Shown piece by piece: positions 9,383-21,703 of a stretch of DNA of 64,000 nt (position 1 is its first letter; each line of letters begins with the position of its first letter). A program made the translations under genes and the position numbers. Below the pieces are notes generated by a model. It saw only the letters and a list, made by a program, of their open reading frames with translations. It searched no databases and was not told the DNA's origin. The DNA is from an uncultured Chloroflexota bacterium (GTDB lineage: Bacteria; Chloroflexota; Dehalococcoidia; Lucifugimonadales; UBA1127): assembly GCA_913045315.1 (NCBI GenBank), contig CAJWQJ010000007.1, positions 8,549 to 72,548 of the forward strand, given 5' to 3'.

Positions 9383-10191
9383 TAGGAGGAGCCTATGTTT
9401 TTTATCAAATTGTCAACTATAACATCATACTCTTGACGAACACCTTGACTAGTCAAAACGGTCGGTTTTGATTGGTCGCGATAGTCTGGAGACATAGTCA
9501 AGGAGCCCAAATATGGAACATTCATATCATTTGAAATTTCCTTGCCACCACCTTCACCAAATACATCACCAGTAAAATTCTCAACTACACCTAAAACAGG
9601 GATATTCATTTTCCTAATCATATTTATTGATCTTTTGGCATCAAGTCTGGCTAAACTTTGAGGAGCAGTAACTACAACAAATCCATCTACAGGCATATTC
9701 TGCATGATACTCAAAGCTGCATCAGAAGTTCCAGGAGGTAAATCTGTTATCAGAAAATCAAGTTCTCCCCAATCAGTACCTTCAAGGAATTGAGTTATAC
9801 TATTATGAATCATAGGTCCACGAAAAATGATCGCATCCTCAGGATTTTCTTGAAAAAATCCCATTGATAATATTTTTACTCCCCACATTTCACCAGGAAG
9901 AAAAGTTTCCTCTGTATACCTCGGACCTTCAGTAGCCTGCATAGCTTCAACAACATTAGGGCAATCAACATCAGCATCAAATATACCCGTTTTACTACCA
10001 CGAGTTGCCAAACTTACCGCCAAGTTGACAGATACAGTTGTTTTACCAACACCACCTTTGCCACTATAAACAGCTATTTTGGTTTTTATCAGACCCATAT
10101 GGTCTTCAATCTTTTTTTTCTGCTGCCATTGACGGCGAATAGAATCAAGTCGAGCTTGTTCTTGTGGTGTAGGCTTTCTTGGGTTAGTCAT
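9382..10191 (-). CDS. mrp: Mrp/ApbC/NBP35-family Fe-S cluster carrier ATPase
   Basis: Deviant Walker A motif SGKGGVGKTT; 269 aa. Confidence 0.85.
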   Translation of the reverse strand: MTNPRKPTPQEQARLDSIRRQWQQKKKIEDHMGLIKTKIAVYSGKGGVGKTTVSVNLAVSLATRGSKTGIFDADVDCPNVVEAMQATEGPRYTEETFLPGEMWGVKILSMGFFQENPEDAIIFRGPMIHNSITQFLEGTDWGELDFLITDLPPGTSDAALSIMQNMPVDGFVVVTAPQSLARLDAKRSINMIRKMNIPVLGVVENFTGDVFGEGGGKEISNDMNVPYLGSLTMSPDYRDQSKPTVLTSQGVRQEYDVIVDNLIKNIGSS

Positions 10192-10200
10192 GTGTTTATC

Positions 10201-10515
10201 CTAATCATCTAGCCCAAGTAATATTTTACCCTCAGGGGTTAACATTTCAGGATTCCAAGGAGGATCAAAAACCATTTCAACCTGAACATCTACAACCCCA
10301 TCAATTTCTGCTACTCTCCATTCAGCATTCTGAGCAATATAAGGCCCCATTCCACAACCTGGTGCTGTTAACGTCATAGTTATCGAAACTTGGTTTTCAT
10401 TATCGATGTCCATTGCATAGATTAATCCCAGATCATATACATTAACTGGTATTTCAGGGTCATAGACATCTCTTAAAGCATCAATTACCTGTTCTTTAGT
10501 TACTTGTGAAGACAT
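10201..10515 (-). CDS. DUF59 (SufT/PaaD-like) Fe-S assembly protein
   Basis: 104 aa. Contains DPEIPVNVYDLGLIY and the conserved LTAPGCGMG cysteine block. Confidence 0.75.
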   Translation of the reverse strand: MSSQVTKEQVIDALRDVYDPEIPVNVYDLGLIYAMDIDNENQVSITMTLTAPGCGMGPYIAQNAEWRVAEIDGVVDVQVEMVFDPPWNPEMLTPEGKILLGLDD

Positions 10516-10578
10516 GAATTCCTCCCACCTTTTTTATACTTCAAAATATAAATTCTATAAATCTTTTTATGTTATAGG

Positions 10579-10608
10579 AAAAAAACTGTCAATCTTTATA
10601 AAAAGATT
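10579..10608 (-). terminator. putative intrinsic terminator after uvrB
   Basis: On the minus strand, AATCTTT-TTAT-AAAGATT forms a 7-bp stem, followed 5 nt later by T7. The stem is AT-only, so the call is weak. Confidence 0.3.
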
Positions 10609-10614
10609 TAAAGT

Positions 10615-12597
10615 TTAACTTTTGATTTTTTCCATATAAGAACGCATTTTAGCTATTTGATCTCTAAGTTGTGCTGCCCGCTCAAAATCCAACTTCTCTG
10701 CAGCATTTTTCATTTCCTTTTGCATACTTTTGGACACCTTAAGCAAAATATCTCGAGGCATTCCTACATAATCTTCAACTGATTCATCTTCTTTAACAAT
10801 AGTTGAAGAATATATTCCTGTATCTCTAATTTCTTTCTTTATCCCAACGGGAGTAATCCCATGATCAATATTATACTTCTCTTGGATTTCTCTTCTGCGA
10901 TTAGTTTCAAAAATAGCTTTATCCATAGACCTCGTTTTCTTATCTGCATACATTATTACTAAACCATCTTCATGCCTTGCAGCTCTACCTATAGTTTGTA
11001 TCAACGCAGAATCTGAACGTAAATATCCTTCTTTATCAGCATCAAGTATAGCAACTAAACTCACCTCTGGAAGATCCAATCCTTCACGGAGTAAATTTAT
11101 TCCTACGACAACATCAAAAACTCCTAACCTTAAATCACGCAATATGCCGTTTCTCTCTAAGGTGTCTATGTCCGAATGCAAATAATGCACACGAATGTTC
11201 GACTCAGCTAGATACTCAGATAATTCTTCTGCCATTCTTTTAGTCAAAGTAGTAATTAAACTTCTTTGACCAATAGAAATCCTCGATCTCAATTCGGTCA
11301 ATAGGTCATCAATTTGACCATAAGTAGGTCTAACAATTATTTCTGGATCTAATAGTCCAGTTGGTCTTATTATTTGTTCCACAAGCTGTTTACTCTTAGC
11401 TATTTCATATGGCCCAGGTGTTGCAGATACAAATACTATTTGATTATTTAAATTCTCAAATTCATTGAAATTTAATGGCCTATTATCCAATGCCGATGGA
11501 AGACGAAAACCATGTTGCACAAGTGTAGTCTTTCTAGACATATCTCCACGATACATCCCTCTAATTTGAGGTATAGTCATATGAGATTCGTCAATAAATA
11601 TTAAAACATCCTCTGACAAATAGTGCATCAAGGTCCATGGAGTTGTTCCTATACCTCTACCAGATAAATGCCGTGAATAATTTTCTATTCCAGAACAGTA
11701 TCCTACCTGTCGCATCATTTCTAAATCAAATGATGTTCTTTGTTCGAGTCGAGCAGCTTCTAAAATTTTTCCAGAACCTTTAAGTTCATTTAAACGTTCT
11801 TTCAATTCACTTTCTATACTTGAAATAGCAATTTCCATCTTTTCTTCAGAGGTTACAAAGTGTTTCGCAGGGTAAATTTCTAAGAAATTAAATTTTTCGA
11901 TTATTTCACCAGTAACATAGTCGACATGAGAAATATCATCAATCTCATCCCCAAACATTGATATTCTTATAACGCTATCATCGTAAGATGGAATTATATC
12001 AATTGTATCTCCTCTAACTCTAAAAGTTCCCCTATTCAAATCATAATCATTTCTGTCATATTGCATTGCAACTAAAGCATTTATTAGATTCCTTAGACTT
12101 CTTTTTTCTCCTTTTGTCACATTTGCAACAGCTCGATAATATTCCTCCGGTTCACCTAAACCATAAATGCACGAAACTGAAGCAACTATCAGAACATCAT
12201 TCCTGCTGAATAGAGACCTTGTGACTGAATGACGCATCCGATCAATTTCCTCATTAATTGATGAATCTTTCTCAATATAGGTGTCTGTTCTAGGAATATA
12301 TGCTTCTGGTTGATAATAATCATAATATGAAACGAAGTATTCAACTGCATTATTGGGAAAGAATTCTCGAAATTCTTCATATAACTGTGCGGCCAAGGTT
12401 TTATTGTGTGCTATAACTAGAGCAGGACGTTGTAATTTTTCGATCACTTTAGCCATTGTAAATGTCTTCCCGCTTCCGGTAACTCCAAGCAAAGTCTGAT
12501 AATCATGATTGGAATCAATACCTATACAAAGGTTGTCAATTGCTTTAGGTTGGTCACCTGTAATATCAAACTTAGAAACTACTTGAAAAATAGACAT
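10615..12597 (-). CDS. uvrB: excinuclease ABC subunit B
   Basis: Has Walker A GVTGSGKT, a DESH box and a C-terminal UVR motif ([11 protein letters not shown]). 660 aa. Confidence 0.97.
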   Translation of the reverse strand: MSIFQVVSKFDITGDQPKAIDNLCIGIDSNHDYQTLLGVTGSGKTFTMAKVIEKLQRPALVIAHNKTLAAQLYEEFREFFPNNAVEYFVSYYDYYQPEAYIPRTDTYIEKDSSINEEIDRMRHSVTRSLFSRNDVLIVASVSCIYGLGEPEEYYRAVANVTKGEKRSLRNLINALVAMQYDRNDYDLNRGTFRVRGDTIDIIPSYDDSVIRISMFGDEIDDISHVDYVTGEIIEKFNFLEIYPAKHFVTSEEKMEIAISSIESELKERLNELKGSGKILEAARLEQRTSFDLEMMRQVGYCSGIENYSRHLSGRGIGTTPWTLMHYLSEDVLIFIDESHMTIPQIRGMYRGDMSRKTTLVQHGFRLPSALDNRPLNFNEFENLNNQIVFVSATPGPYEIAKSKQLVEQIIRPTGLLDPEIIVRPTYGQIDDLLTELRSRISIGQRSLITTLTKRMAEELSEYLAESNIRVHYLHSDIDTLERNGILRDLRLGVFDVVVGINLLREGLDLPEVSLVAILDADKEGYLRSDSALIQTIGRAARHEDGLVIMYADKKTRSMDKAIFETNRRREIQEKYNIDHGITPVGIKKEIRDTGIYSSTIVKEDESVEDYVGMPRDILLKVSKSMQKEMKNAAEKLDFERAAQLRDQIAKMRSYMEKIKS

Positions 12598-12649
12598 GTC
12601 TTTCCATTATACAATATGAGTTACTCGCTAATAATTTTACCTAAGTACC

Positions 12650-13450
12650 TTAAAGAGTTCCAATTAAACCGTTTAATGGCAAAATAGCATTTTGAGCAGT
12701 TAAATTAGTATGCAATGGGGTAATAGAAACATATCGATTCCTGACTGCCCATACATCAGAACCCTTATCTTCTTTCCAGTCCAGGCGTTCTCTTCCAATC
12801 CAATACCATGCCCTTCTTCCGTCGTCACCATCTGTAACTGAATCACCATAAGCCCTTCTACCCATACTCGTAACAATTGCACCTTTAAGTCTACTCTTCA
12901 TCAAATTAGGAAGATTAATGTTTAGTAAAACTGGGCGTTTATTCATTTCTTCCAAAGAATCATTATTTTCAAAAGTATCAATATTTGACCATAGAGAAAT
13001 ATTGGAAACGATATCATGTAAAATAGATGCTGCAGCACGATATTTGACGTCACGAAGTGCTGCCACAGAAATTGCAATAGAAGGGATTCCACGAAGATGT
13101 CCTTGCATCGCAGAACCAACCGTCCCGGAAATAAGAATATCTTCACCAAAATTGGCCCCAGGATTAATTCCAGAAACTACTAAATCAACTTTCTGATCTA
13201 TTAATCTTTCCAAAGCAATTATTACACAATCTGCAGGTGTCCCTTGAACAGCATAGGCTGCAACATTTGGAATTTTTGACCTAGCTCTTTCAACCCGTAA
13301 AGGACGATTCAATGAAATAGCAGAACTATTCCCGCTTTGTTCTCGGTCAGGAGCTGATATAATGATATCCCCTAGAGATTTCATTGCACGTGCAGCATGC
13401 CATAAACCTGGAGATTCTAGTCCATCATCATTGGTTAACAAAATCCTCAT
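12650..13450 (-). CDS. surE: 5'/3'-nucleotidase SurE
   Basis: MRILLTNDDG N-terminus; GINPGAN block. Confidence 0.9.
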   Translation of the reverse strand: MRILLTNDDGLESPGLWHAARAMKSLGDIIISAPDREQSGNSSAISLNRPLRVERARSKIPNVAAYAVQGTPADCVIIALERLIDQKVDLVVSGINPGANFGEDILISGTVGSAMQGHLRGIPSIAISVAALRDVKYRAAASILHDIVSNISLWSNIDTFENNDSLEEMNKRPVLLNINLPNLMKSRLKGAIVTSMGRRAYGDSVTDGDDGRRAWYWIGRERLDWKEDKGSDVWAVRNRYVSITPLHTNLTAQNAILPLNGLIGTL

Positions 13451-13491
13451 GCTTCCCTCATTAACAATCAGTAAATCACAAATTTAAAAAA

Positions 13492-15267
13492 TTGACGAAT
13501 CTTAACTGTGATGGTATCAAAACAATGGCAATGCAGACACTGATTATAAAAAGAATAGCTAAAATTGCTTTTAAAAGTCCGATTCAGATTGTGACATTAT
13601 ATGCTTCACTAATATCTAATAACGCTCTTAACTTAATGATCCCTTGGTTATTAGGAGTTGTAATCGATAGTGTACTATCTTCTGGTAACACAAGGCAGAT
13701 ATTTTTCTATAGCTTTATTATTATTGCTATTAGCATATTAAGGGGTGGGTTTGCTTACGTTCAAACCTTTCTTGGTGAGTACATTGCCCAAAAAACTGCA
13801 TACCATCTTCGAAATTCTCTTTACGCAAAACTCCAGATTCTAAGTTTCGCATTTCACGACCAAAACAAAACTGGAGATCTCATGTCTAGATGCACTGCTG
13901 ATGTAGAGGCAATAAGAATGTTCGTGCAGACAGGATTTTTACGTGCTGGTCAGACAATCCTTATGCTAATTGGAACATATTGCATTCTGCTCATAACCAA
14001 TTGGCGTTTAGGATTGCTAACAATGATCGTATTACCAATAGTTGTTGCCAGATCAACAATAGTAAATCTCAGAATGAGAAAATTATGGACTTTTATTCAA
14101 GAATCCACTGGACTAATGACTGCAGTACTTCAAGAAAACTTATCCGGAATAAGAGTTGTTAAGGCGTTTGGAGCGGAAACATTTGAAAGAAAGAAATTTG
14201 AAAAGATCACAAATTTGGTAAGAACTTCTTCCATAGCTGCAAGTAGAATACAAAGCTCGAACACAGTATTTAATATATTTCTCTTTAGTGCTACCACTGG
14301 ATTAATTTTATGGTATGGGAGCCAAGAAATTTCACAACAAAGACTTTCTCAAGGGGAATTAGCGTCTTTCATTTTTTATTTAGGCCTAGTTCAGATGCCT
14401 ATCAGAATGTCTGGATGGATATTAAACTCGTTTTCAAGAGCCACATCTGCAGGACAAAGGGTTTTTTTAATCTTAGATACTCTCCCACCAGTCATGGATA
14501 GTCCTAATGCATCCAAAATTTCTAAAATCAAGGGGGATGTAAAACTTAATAATATTTCGTTTGGATATACAGAATCAAATAATGTACTGTCAAATATCTC
14601 TCTCGAAGCTAAACCAGGAGAAAAGATCGCTTTATTAGGTGGACCTGGAAGTGGTAAAACTTCTTTAGTTCATTTGCTACCAAGATTCTATGATGTAACC
14701 GAAGGTTCTATAGAAATAGACAGAGTAAATATTAAATCTGTAACTTTAGAATCACTACGTGAAAATATAGGGCTTGTAATGCAAGATGTTTTTATATTTT
14801 CTGCTTCTATCGCAGAAAATATAAGCTATGGCATTCCTAACGCGAGTATTCAGGAAATTAGAAATGCTTCAATTACTGCTCAACTTGATAAATTTATTAA
14901 TTCGCTGCCAAATGGTTATCAAACTGAAATTGGTGAAAGAGGTATAACATTATCAGGAGGACAAAGACAGCGATTGTCTATTGCTAGAACTCTCCTTTTA
15001 AACCCACCAATATTAATTCTTGATGATACAACTTCTAGTGTAGATGCTGCTACAGAAAACCTATTACAAAATGCTTTAGAAAAAGTAATGCAAAACCGTA
15101 CAGTTTTTATTATAACTAATAGGTTGAATTCTATTCTGGAAGCAGACAAAATATTTGTTCTGTCTAAAGGTTCGATAGTGCAAAAAGGAACACATAAAGA
15201 TTTGATATCTCAACAAGGAATTTATAGGGATATGTATCAAATACAATTTTTAGATCGAGAAATTTAA
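13492..15267 (+). CDS. ABC exporter, fused permease/ATPase (subunit 1 of a likely heterodimer)
   Basis: Six-TM N-terminal half. Has Walker A GGPGSGKTS, signature LSGGQRQR and Walker B ILILDD. The start may be the ATG at 13525. Confidence 0.85.
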   Translation: MTNLNCDGIKTMAMQTLIIKRIAKIAFKSPIQIVTLYASLISNNALNLMIPWLLGVVIDSVLSSGNTRQIFFYSFIIIAISILRGGFAYVQTFLGEYIAQKTAYHLRNSLYAKLQILSFAFHDQNKTGDLMSRCTADVEAIRMFVQTGFLRAGQTILMLIGTYCILLITNWRLGLLTMIVLPIVVARSTIVNLRMRKLWTFIQESTGLMTAVLQENLSGIRVVKAFGAETFERKKFEKITNLVRTSSIAASRIQSSNTVFNIFLFSATTGLILWYGSQEISQQRLSQGELASFIFYLGLVQMPIRMSGWILNSFSRATSAGQRVFLILDTLPPVMDSPNASKISKIKGDVKLNNISFGYTESNNVLSNISLEAKPGEKIALLGGPGSGKTSLVHLLPRFYDVTEGSIEIDRVNIKSVTLESLRENIGLVMQDVFIFSASIAENISYGIPNASIQEIRNASITAQLDKFINSLPNGYQTEIGERGITLSGGQRQRLSIARTLLLNPPILILDDTTSSVDAATENLLQNALEKVMQNRTVFIITNRLNSILEADKIFVLSKGSIVQKGTHKDLISQQGIYRDMYQIQFLDREI

Positions 15268-15270
15268 CAC

Positions 15271-17073
15271 ATGTATCATCACTCTCATAACCACGGGATG
15301 AATGACATGAACCCATTTGAAGATGGTTTAGCTAAACCTTACGACCATAAAGTTGTTATTCGACTTCTTGCATATAGTAAACCTTATTTAAAAGAATTGT
15401 TATTAAGTATAACAACCATATTCATTTATACTCTTGCAAACGTTGCCCAACCTTGGATTATTAAATCTTTCATAGATTCTATTGGAACATCCACAACCAT
15501 ACAAAATGAAGGAAAATTGATATATCTTTCGGTATTATTTGCAAGCGCAATAGTAATTGGTGGTACAACACATTATATACATATGATTAGCCTATCGATA
15601 TTAAGCCAAAAAGTTTTGTTCGATTTACGAAATCACATATTTAGTCATCTTCAAATACTTTCTGTTTCCTTTTATGACTGGACAGGAGTGGGTAGAATAA
15701 TGTCTCGAGCACAAAATGATGTATCTCAATTACAAGAATTTCTTGGAATCTCTGTAAACGGAATTGCTGATTTAGCAAGCTTGATTGGCATCGTTATTGC
15801 AATGATTTTTCTTGATATAAAAATGTCACTCGTTGTTTTATTTTTCATCCCTTTATTAACCATAATTGCAATAATTTGGCATAGGTTCTCATGGAGAACA
15901 TTTATTTCTGTCCGACAAGCTATTTCATATGTTAACGGTAGTCTTCAGGAAAATATTTCTGGAATACGGGTAATTCAATCACTCAATCGAGAACAACACA
16001 ATATGAAAAATTTTGAAGAATTAAATAGTTTTCATTTAAAAACAAATTTAAGTTCTGCAAAACTCTCAGCTGGACTAATGCCAATTGTCGAAATTTCGAC
16101 TTCAAGTGCAATAGCAATAATTCTTGTCATAGGTAGCAGTGCATTAGTAAATGGAACAATTGAACTTGGAATTGTTGTTGCCTTTGTACTATATATTCAA
16201 AAGTTTTTTGATCCAATCAGAAATCTTACTATGCAATATACCCAACTTCAAAGATCAATGGCATCTGGCACAAGAATATTTGAGCTATTAGATACACCTA
16301 CAGGAATTTTAAACAATCAAATTGATAAACCTATAAATGAATTATCAGGTCAAATTTCAATAAAAAATTTACATTTTCATTACACCGAGGGTATTGAAGT
16401 TCTAAAAGGAATTGATGTTGAAATCAAATCCAATGAAACAATTGCACTTGTTGGTTCTACTGGAGCCGGAAAAACAACTCTCATAAACCTTATTTCTCGT
16501 TTTTATGAACCTACTGAGGGAAAAATTCTTTTTGACAACAACGACATTAAATCAATCAATTTAGAAATTTTTAGAAGAGATATCGCAATAGTTCCTCAAG
16601 ATCCGTTCCTTTTCTCAGGCACAATCAAAGAAAATATTATCTATAATAGAGAATATTTAACTGGGATTGAAGTTGTTGCTACCTGTGAATTACTTGGACT
16701 CAATGGGTTTATAAATGATCTGGAACACAAATATGACACCCAAGTAGAGGAACGTGGAGGAAATCTCAGCTTAGGGCAAAGACAATTAATAAGTTTTGCA
16801 AGAGCAATAATTGGAAAACCAAAAATTATTATTCTTGATGAAGCTACAGCAAATATTGATAGTATAACGGAAAAATTATTGCAAAATGCCCTAGAAAAGA
16901 TTATCTCATCTCAAACAGCAATAATCATTGCACATCGCCTTAGCACTATACGAAAAGCTGATCAAATCATATTCTTAGAAGAAGGTGAAATACTTGAACG
17001 AGGCACACACGAGAGTTTGATTAGTGAAAAAGGGAAATATCACAACTTAGTAGAAACTTACTTTTCTTATTAA
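15271..17073 (+). CDS. ABC exporter, fused permease/ATPase (subunit 2)
   Basis: Has Walker A GSTGAGKTT, signature LSLGQRQL and Walker B IIILDEAT. Starts 3 nt after the preceding ABC gene. His-rich N-terminus (MYHHSHNHG). Confidence 0.85.
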   Translation: MYHHSHNHGMNDMNPFEDGLAKPYDHKVVIRLLAYSKPYLKELLLSITTIFIYTLANVAQPWIIKSFIDSIGTSTTIQNEGKLIYLSVLFASAIVIGGTTHYIHMISLSILSQKVLFDLRNHIFSHLQILSVSFYDWTGVGRIMSRAQNDVSQLQEFLGISVNGIADLASLIGIVIAMIFLDIKMSLVVLFFIPLLTIIAIIWHRFSWRTFISVRQAISYVNGSLQENISGIRVIQSLNREQHNMKNFEELNSFHLKTNLSSAKLSAGLMPIVEISTSSAIAIILVIGSSALVNGTIELGIVVAFVLYIQKFFDPIRNLTMQYTQLQRSMASGTRIFELLDTPTGILNNQIDKPINELSGQISIKNLHFHYTEGIEVLKGIDVEIKSNETIALVGSTGAGKTTLINLISRFYEPTEGKILFDNNDIKSINLEIFRRDIAIVPQDPFLFSGTIKENIIYNREYLTGIEVVATCELLGLNGFINDLEHKYDTQVEERGGNLSLGQRQLISFARAIIGKPKIIILDEATANIDSITEKLLQNALEKIISSQTAIIIAHRLSTIRKADQIIFLEEGEILERGTHESLISEKGKYHNLVETYFSY

Positions 17074-17092
17074 CTACTAAATTTCAGAATAA

Positions 17093-18139
17093 TTATTCTA
17101 AATTTTCCAATGGTAGCTGCGGAGACTTGCTAGACTGAGTTGTTCTTAAATCGTTCAATCCTAAATGTTTGTAAGCTAAACTTGTAGCTAATCGACCTCT
17201 TGAAGTTCGTTCAAGAAAGCCCACTTGCATCAAATAAGGCTCATAAACATCCATAACGGTATCAGCTTCTTCACTTATAGATGCTGCGATAGTATCAATT
17301 CCTACTGGTCCACCATTAAATTTCTCTATAATCGCTCTTAAAACCTTGTGGTCAACATTATCTAACCCAAGATTATCAACCTCTAATCTGAGAAGTGCTT
17401 CATTTGCTATTTCACCAGTAATCACTCCATCCGCTTTCACTTCAGCAAAATCCCTTACTCTTCTTAACAATCTATTGGCTACCCTAGGAGTTCCTCTTGA
17501 ACGCATAGCGATTTCATATAAACCTTCATCATGAAAATTTAAATTTAATAACTCTGCAGATCTAATTAAAATTTCCTTTAACGCATCATTATCATAAAAC
17601 TCTAATCGATGAACAGAACCGAATCTATCTCGAAGAGGAGCACTTACCATAGCAAATCTAGTTGTTGCACCTATAAGAGTAAAAGGTTTTAGATTGAGAC
17701 GTAAGCTTCTAGAAGTTGGACCTTTCCCAATAACAATATCAATTGCAAAGTCTTCAATCGCAGGATACAAAACTTCTTCAACCACACGACTTAATCGATG
17801 AATCTCATCTATAAACAGAATGCCATTTTCATCTAAACTAGTAAGTATTGCAGCTAAATCACCTGGTCGTTCAATAGCTGGACCTGAAGTAACTTTCACT
17901 GGCACATCCATTTCATGCCCAACTACCAAAGCTAAAGTGGTTTTACCCAATCCAGGTGGTCCATAAACTAATAAGTGTTCTAGTGGTTCAGACCTGAGCT
18001 TAGCAGCTTCCATTCCTATTTCTAAGGAATCTTTAACTTTAGGTTGACCAATATAATCAGACAAACTTTTGGGGCGAAGTGTTCGATCAAAAGGGCTGTC
18101 ATCATGTTGAACATTTTGATCTACAACTCGTTCATCCAT
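17093..18139 (-). CDS. ruvB: Holliday junction branch migration helicase RuvB
   Basis: Contains [20 protein letters not shown] and a C-terminal winged helix. 348 aa. Confidence 0.95.
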   Translation of the reverse strand: MDERVVDQNVQHDDSPFDRTLRPKSLSDYIGQPKVKDSLEIGMEAAKLRSEPLEHLLVYGPPGLGKTTLALVVGHEMDVPVKVTSGPAIERPGDLAAILTSLDENGILFIDEIHRLSRVVEEVLYPAIEDFAIDIVIGKGPTSRSLRLNLKPFTLIGATTRFAMVSAPLRDRFGSVHRLEFYDNDALKEILIRSAELLNLNFHDEGLYEIAMRSRGTPRVANRLLRRVRDFAEVKADGVITGEIANEALLRLEVDNLGLDNVDHKVLRAIIEKFNGGPVGIDTIAASISEEADTVMDVYEPYLMQVGFLERTSRGRLATSLAYKHLGLNDLRTTQSSKSPQLPLENLE

Positions 18140-18274
18140 AACAGCACTCCCTTAATAAACATTTTTCATGGAATTTATAAGTTTGTATAATAAACCACGC
18201 ACAACACATAATAAATCACAACTACTTCATTTAGAACATTAACGAATAAAAACATAAATCCCTATATAAATTAA

Positions 18275-18303
18275 TTGACACCATAAAAACCTAGATTTAC
18301 ACT
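18275..18303 (+). promoter_or_regulatory. putative sigma70-type promoter of the mutase cluster
   Basis: TTGACA (18275..18280), a 17-nt spacer, then TACACT (18298..18303). Followed by GGGAGG SD and a GTG at 18347. Confidence 0.4.
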
Positions 18304-18346
18304 ACTGCCATTCGTGCTCCGTAACCTAAAACAGGGAGGTTTAGCT

Positions 18347-20005
18347 GTGTCAGATAATAAAAACGAATGGATAGAAAATACATTAAATCCAGCTACTGCA
18401 AGAGGTGCAAGAAAAGAACAATTCACAACTGAATCAGGAATTGATCAGGACTGGGTATACGGCCCAGAAGATTTAAAGGAAATAGGTTTTGATTACAACG
18501 AGGATGTTGGTTACCCCGGAGAATACCCTTACGTAAGAGGTGTTCAGCCAACTATGTATCGCGGTCGATTATGGAGCATGCGTCAGTATGCTGGATATGC
18601 TTCAGCAGAGGAATCCAATCGAAGATATAAGTTCCTTTTAGAACAAGGCCAAACAGGTCTATCTGTCGCTTTCGATCTACCTACTCAAATGGGATACGAT
18701 TCAGATCACCCTATGTCATTGGGAGAGGTAGGTAAAGTGGGAGTGCCTATATCATCTCTAAGAGACATGGAAATTCTTTTTGAAGGAATTCCTTTGGATA
18801 AAGTAAGCACATCAATGACAATAAACTCAACTGCATCGATACTAATGTGTCTTTATGCAGCTGTTGCTAAAAAACAAGGTGTTCCTCAGGATCAAATTGA
18901 TGGAACAATTCAAAATGATGTCCTAAAAGAATATATAGCAAGAGGTACCTACATCTATCCCCCTGCACCATCAATGAGATTAGTTACTGATGTTTTTGAG
19001 TATTGTTCTGCCAATATGCCAAAATTCAATACCATAAGTATCAGCGGATACCATATGAGAGAAGCTGGGGCAACTGCCATACAGGAACTTGCATTTACTT
19101 TTGCTGATGCAATTGAATATGTCAAAGCAGCCCTTGATCGAGGTCTTGAAATTGATAGCTTCGGACCTAGACTTTCGTTCTTCTTTGTAGCACACAACAA
19201 CCTTTTTGAGGAAGTAGCTAAATTTAGAGCTGCTAGAAGAATGTGGGCAAAAATTATGAAGGATCGATTTGGAGCAAAAAATCCACGTTCATGGACATTG
19301 AGATTCCATACTCAAACAGCTGGCGTAACACTTACTGCACAACAGCCAGATGTAAACGTAATAAGATGTACTGTGCAAGCACTTGCTGGCATTCTTGGTG
19401 GAACTCAGTCATTACATGTAAATTCAAAAGATGAAGCTCTTGCTTTACCTACAGAATCAGCAGTTGAACTTTCGCTAAGAACTCAGCAGGTCCTCGGAAA
19501 TGAAAGTGGTGTTGCAGATGTTATTGATCCTCTTGGAGGTTCATATTACATCGAACACTTAACCAAAACATTAGAAGATGAAGCATTTAAATACATAGAT
19601 CAAATTGACAAAATGGGTGGTGCTTTAGCAGCTCTTGACGCAGGTTTCCAAATCCGAGAAATCCACGATGCCGCGTACAAGCATCAAGGATTTGTTGAGT
19701 CTGGGGAACGAGTAGTAGTCGGAGTCAATCAGTTTATTAATGAACAGGCCCCAGATTCAGGAAACATTCTTCGAATTGATCCTGCTCAAACTAAAGCTCA
19801 GGTTGATAGATTACAAGACGTTAGAAAAACACGAGATCAAAATCGTGCTCAAAAAGCTTTAGAGAATCTTGAAAAAGTGGCTAAATCTGATGAAAATACT
19901 ATCCCTGCAATAATGGAATGCGTAGAAAGTTATTGTACTATTGGAGAGATCTGTGACACTTTCCGAACAAATTTTGGCGAGATGGAGCATAAAGCAGGAA
20001 TATAA
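18347..20005 (+). CDS. methylmalonyl-CoA mutase, catalytic (large) subunit without B12 domain
   Basis: Contains [35 protein letters not shown] and [14 protein letters not shown]. Tyr in TMY and Arg in ARGTYIYPP are, as I recall, the residues that separate MCM from isobutyryl-CoA mutase (which has Phe and Gln there). Start placed at the GTG at 18347, 7 nt after GGGAGG. The ORF track begins at 18314. Confidence 0.8.
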   Translation: MSDNKNEWIENTLNPATARGARKEQFTTESGIDQDWVYGPEDLKEIGFDYNEDVGYPGEYPYVRGVQPTMYRGRLWSMRQYAGYASAEESNRRYKFLLEQGQTGLSVAFDLPTQMGYDSDHPMSLGEVGKVGVPISSLRDMEILFEGIPLDKVSTSMTINSTASILMCLYAAVAKKQGVPQDQIDGTIQNDVLKEYIARGTYIYPPAPSMRLVTDVFEYCSANMPKFNTISISGYHMREAGATAIQELAFTFADAIEYVKAALDRGLEIDSFGPRLSFFFVAHNNLFEEVAKFRAARRMWAKIMKDRFGAKNPRSWTLRFHTQTAGVTLTAQQPDVNVIRCTVQALAGILGGTQSLHVNSKDEALALPTESAVELSLRTQQVLGNESGVADVIDPLGGSYYIEHLTKTLEDEAFKYIDQIDKMGGALAALDAGFQIREIHDAAYKHQGFVESGERVVVGVNQFINEQAPDSGNILRIDPAQTKAQVDRLQDVRKTRDQNRAQKALENLEKVAKSDENTIPAIMECVESYCTIGEICDTFRTNFGEMEHKAGI

Positions 20006-20055
20006 AATCTTTTCAGGTTTTTCTTAATTTAAGAGAGGGTCAATCAATTACTGTC

Positions 20056-21207
20056 ATGACCGAGACACTTTATACCGAAGAAGAACTTATACTTAAAAAA
20101 ACAATTAGGGATTTTGTTAATATCGAGCTTACTCCTGTTGTTGCAGAAAATGACCGAACGGGAAATTTTCCTTCGAAGCCTATAAAGGATTTATCCGGTC
20201 TTGGTATTTATGGAATTGGAATCGATGAAAGCTATGGTGGTGTAGGAGGAAATTCTCAACAGTCTTCAATAGTTGTTGAAGAAATAGCCAGAGTTTGTGC
20301 TGCATCAAGCGTAACTTATATAGCACACCACTCTTTAGCAATGTATGCAATTCACAAGTTTGGAACGAAAGAACAGAAGAAAAGATTTCTTCCTAGTATG
20401 GTAAATGCTACTACTTTGGGAGCTTTTTGCCTTACTGAACCAGCTACTGGAAGCGATGCAGCAGGTATCGAAACTACTGCTACATATATCAATAATGAAT
20501 ATCTACTTAACGGCACAAAAACATTTATTACAAACGGAAGTATTGCTGAAATATACATCGTTTTTGCAAAAACGCATCAAGAAAAAGGAACCAAAGGAAT
20601 CAATGCAATTATAGTTGATAAGTCCAAGAGTAAAGGCATTGACACTCAGTTTTTAGATGGAAAGATGGGACTTCGCTCATCAGACACATCTCAAATCTTT
20701 TTTACAGATGTAAAAGTCCCTCAAGAAAATTTACTCGGAAAAGACGGTGACGGATTTAAAATTGCAATGTCAGTATTAGATTCAAGTAGGATATCCGTAG
20801 CTGCTCAAGCTGTTGGGATAGCACAGGGAGCCCTAGAATCTGCACTAAGTTATTCTAAAATTCGTAAGACATTTGGGCAACCAATTTCTAATCTCCAGTC
20901 GATCCAATTCATGCTAGCAGACATGTCGACAAGAATAAATGCTGCTAGACTCATGACGCGACATGCCAGTCAGTTGAAAGACCAAGGATTTCAATATACA
21001 AAGGAAGCATCGGAAGCAAAACTTTTCGCTTCCGAATGTGCATCTTACTGTGCAGATAAGGCTGTGCAAATACATGGGGGCTATGGCTATTTCCAACCTT
21101 CCTACGCTGAAAGAGCCTACAGAGATGCAAAGGTTACTGAAATTTATGAGGGCACATCCGAGATCCAACGTCTCGTTATAGCTCGACAAATTCTAAAAGA
21201 TGCTTAA
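20056..21207 (+). CDS. acyl-CoA dehydrogenase
   Basis: 383 aa. Contains CLTEPATGSDA and the C-terminal YEGTSEIQRLVIAR. Confidence 0.9.
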   Translation: MTETLYTEEELILKKTIRDFVNIELTPVVAENDRTGNFPSKPIKDLSGLGIYGIGIDESYGGVGGNSQQSSIVVEEIARVCAASSVTYIAHHSLAMYAIHKFGTKEQKKRFLPSMVNATTLGAFCLTEPATGSDAAGIETTATYINNEYLLNGTKTFITNGSIAEIYIVFAKTHQEKGTKGINAIIVDKSKSKGIDTQFLDGKMGLRSSDTSQIFFTDVKVPQENLLGKDGDGFKIAMSVLDSSRISVAAQAVGIAQGALESALSYSKIRKTFGQPISNLQSIQFMLADMSTRINAARLMTRHASQLKDQGFQYTKEASEAKLFASECASYCADKAVQIHGGYGYFQPSYAERAYRDAKVTEIYEGTSEIQRLVIARQILKDA

Positions 21208-21255
21208 TATAGTCAATAAATGCTAGTACAATAATAATATCAAAGGGAGGAAACC

Positions 21256-21669
21256 ATGCCAAACGAAACATGCACTGTTCGACATATAAATCATACAGCA
21301 ATAGTTGTTAAAGATATCAACGATTCTATATCCTTTTACGAGGATCTTTTTGGAGTTTCATCAGGACCAGTTGAAGATATTGAAGATCAGGGAGTAAAAG
21401 CCTGCCTTATAAAAATAGGAGGAACACAGCTAGAAATAATACAACCTGTCCAAGCTGACACTGGTGTTGCAAAGTTTCTTGAAAACAGAGGTGAAGGTCT
21501 TCATCACATTGGTCTTGAAGTAGAAAACATTGAAAACGCTTTAGAAATATTAAAATCTAGAGAGGTACAATTAATTGACCAAAAGCCTCGCCATGGGCTC
21601 TCTGGAACTATTGCGTTTCTACATCCAAGAGCTACCAAAGGAGTTCTAATAGAATTGGTTCAACCATAG
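21256..21669 (+). CDS. methylmalonyl-CoA epimerase (VOC fold)
   Basis: 137 aa. Has INHTAIVV...LHHIGLEV metal-ligand blocks. GGGAGG SD. Located between the two mutase subunits. Confidence 0.8.
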   Translation: MPNETCTVRHINHTAIVVKDINDSISFYEDLFGVSSGPVEDIEDQGVKACLIKIGGTQLEIIQPVQADTGVAKFLENRGEGLHHIGLEVENIENALEILKSREVQLIDQKPRHGLSGTIAFLHPRATKGVLIELVQP

Positions 21670-21703
21670 ATTTTGAAAAAATCTTTACGTATAGGAGGGA
21701 ATA

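Noticed and set aside
18140-18346. A possible cobalamin riboswitch upstream of the B12-dependent mutase.
   Set aside because: No B12-box-like element or extended structured region. The space is better explained by a TTGACA-N17-TACACT promoter plus an SD.
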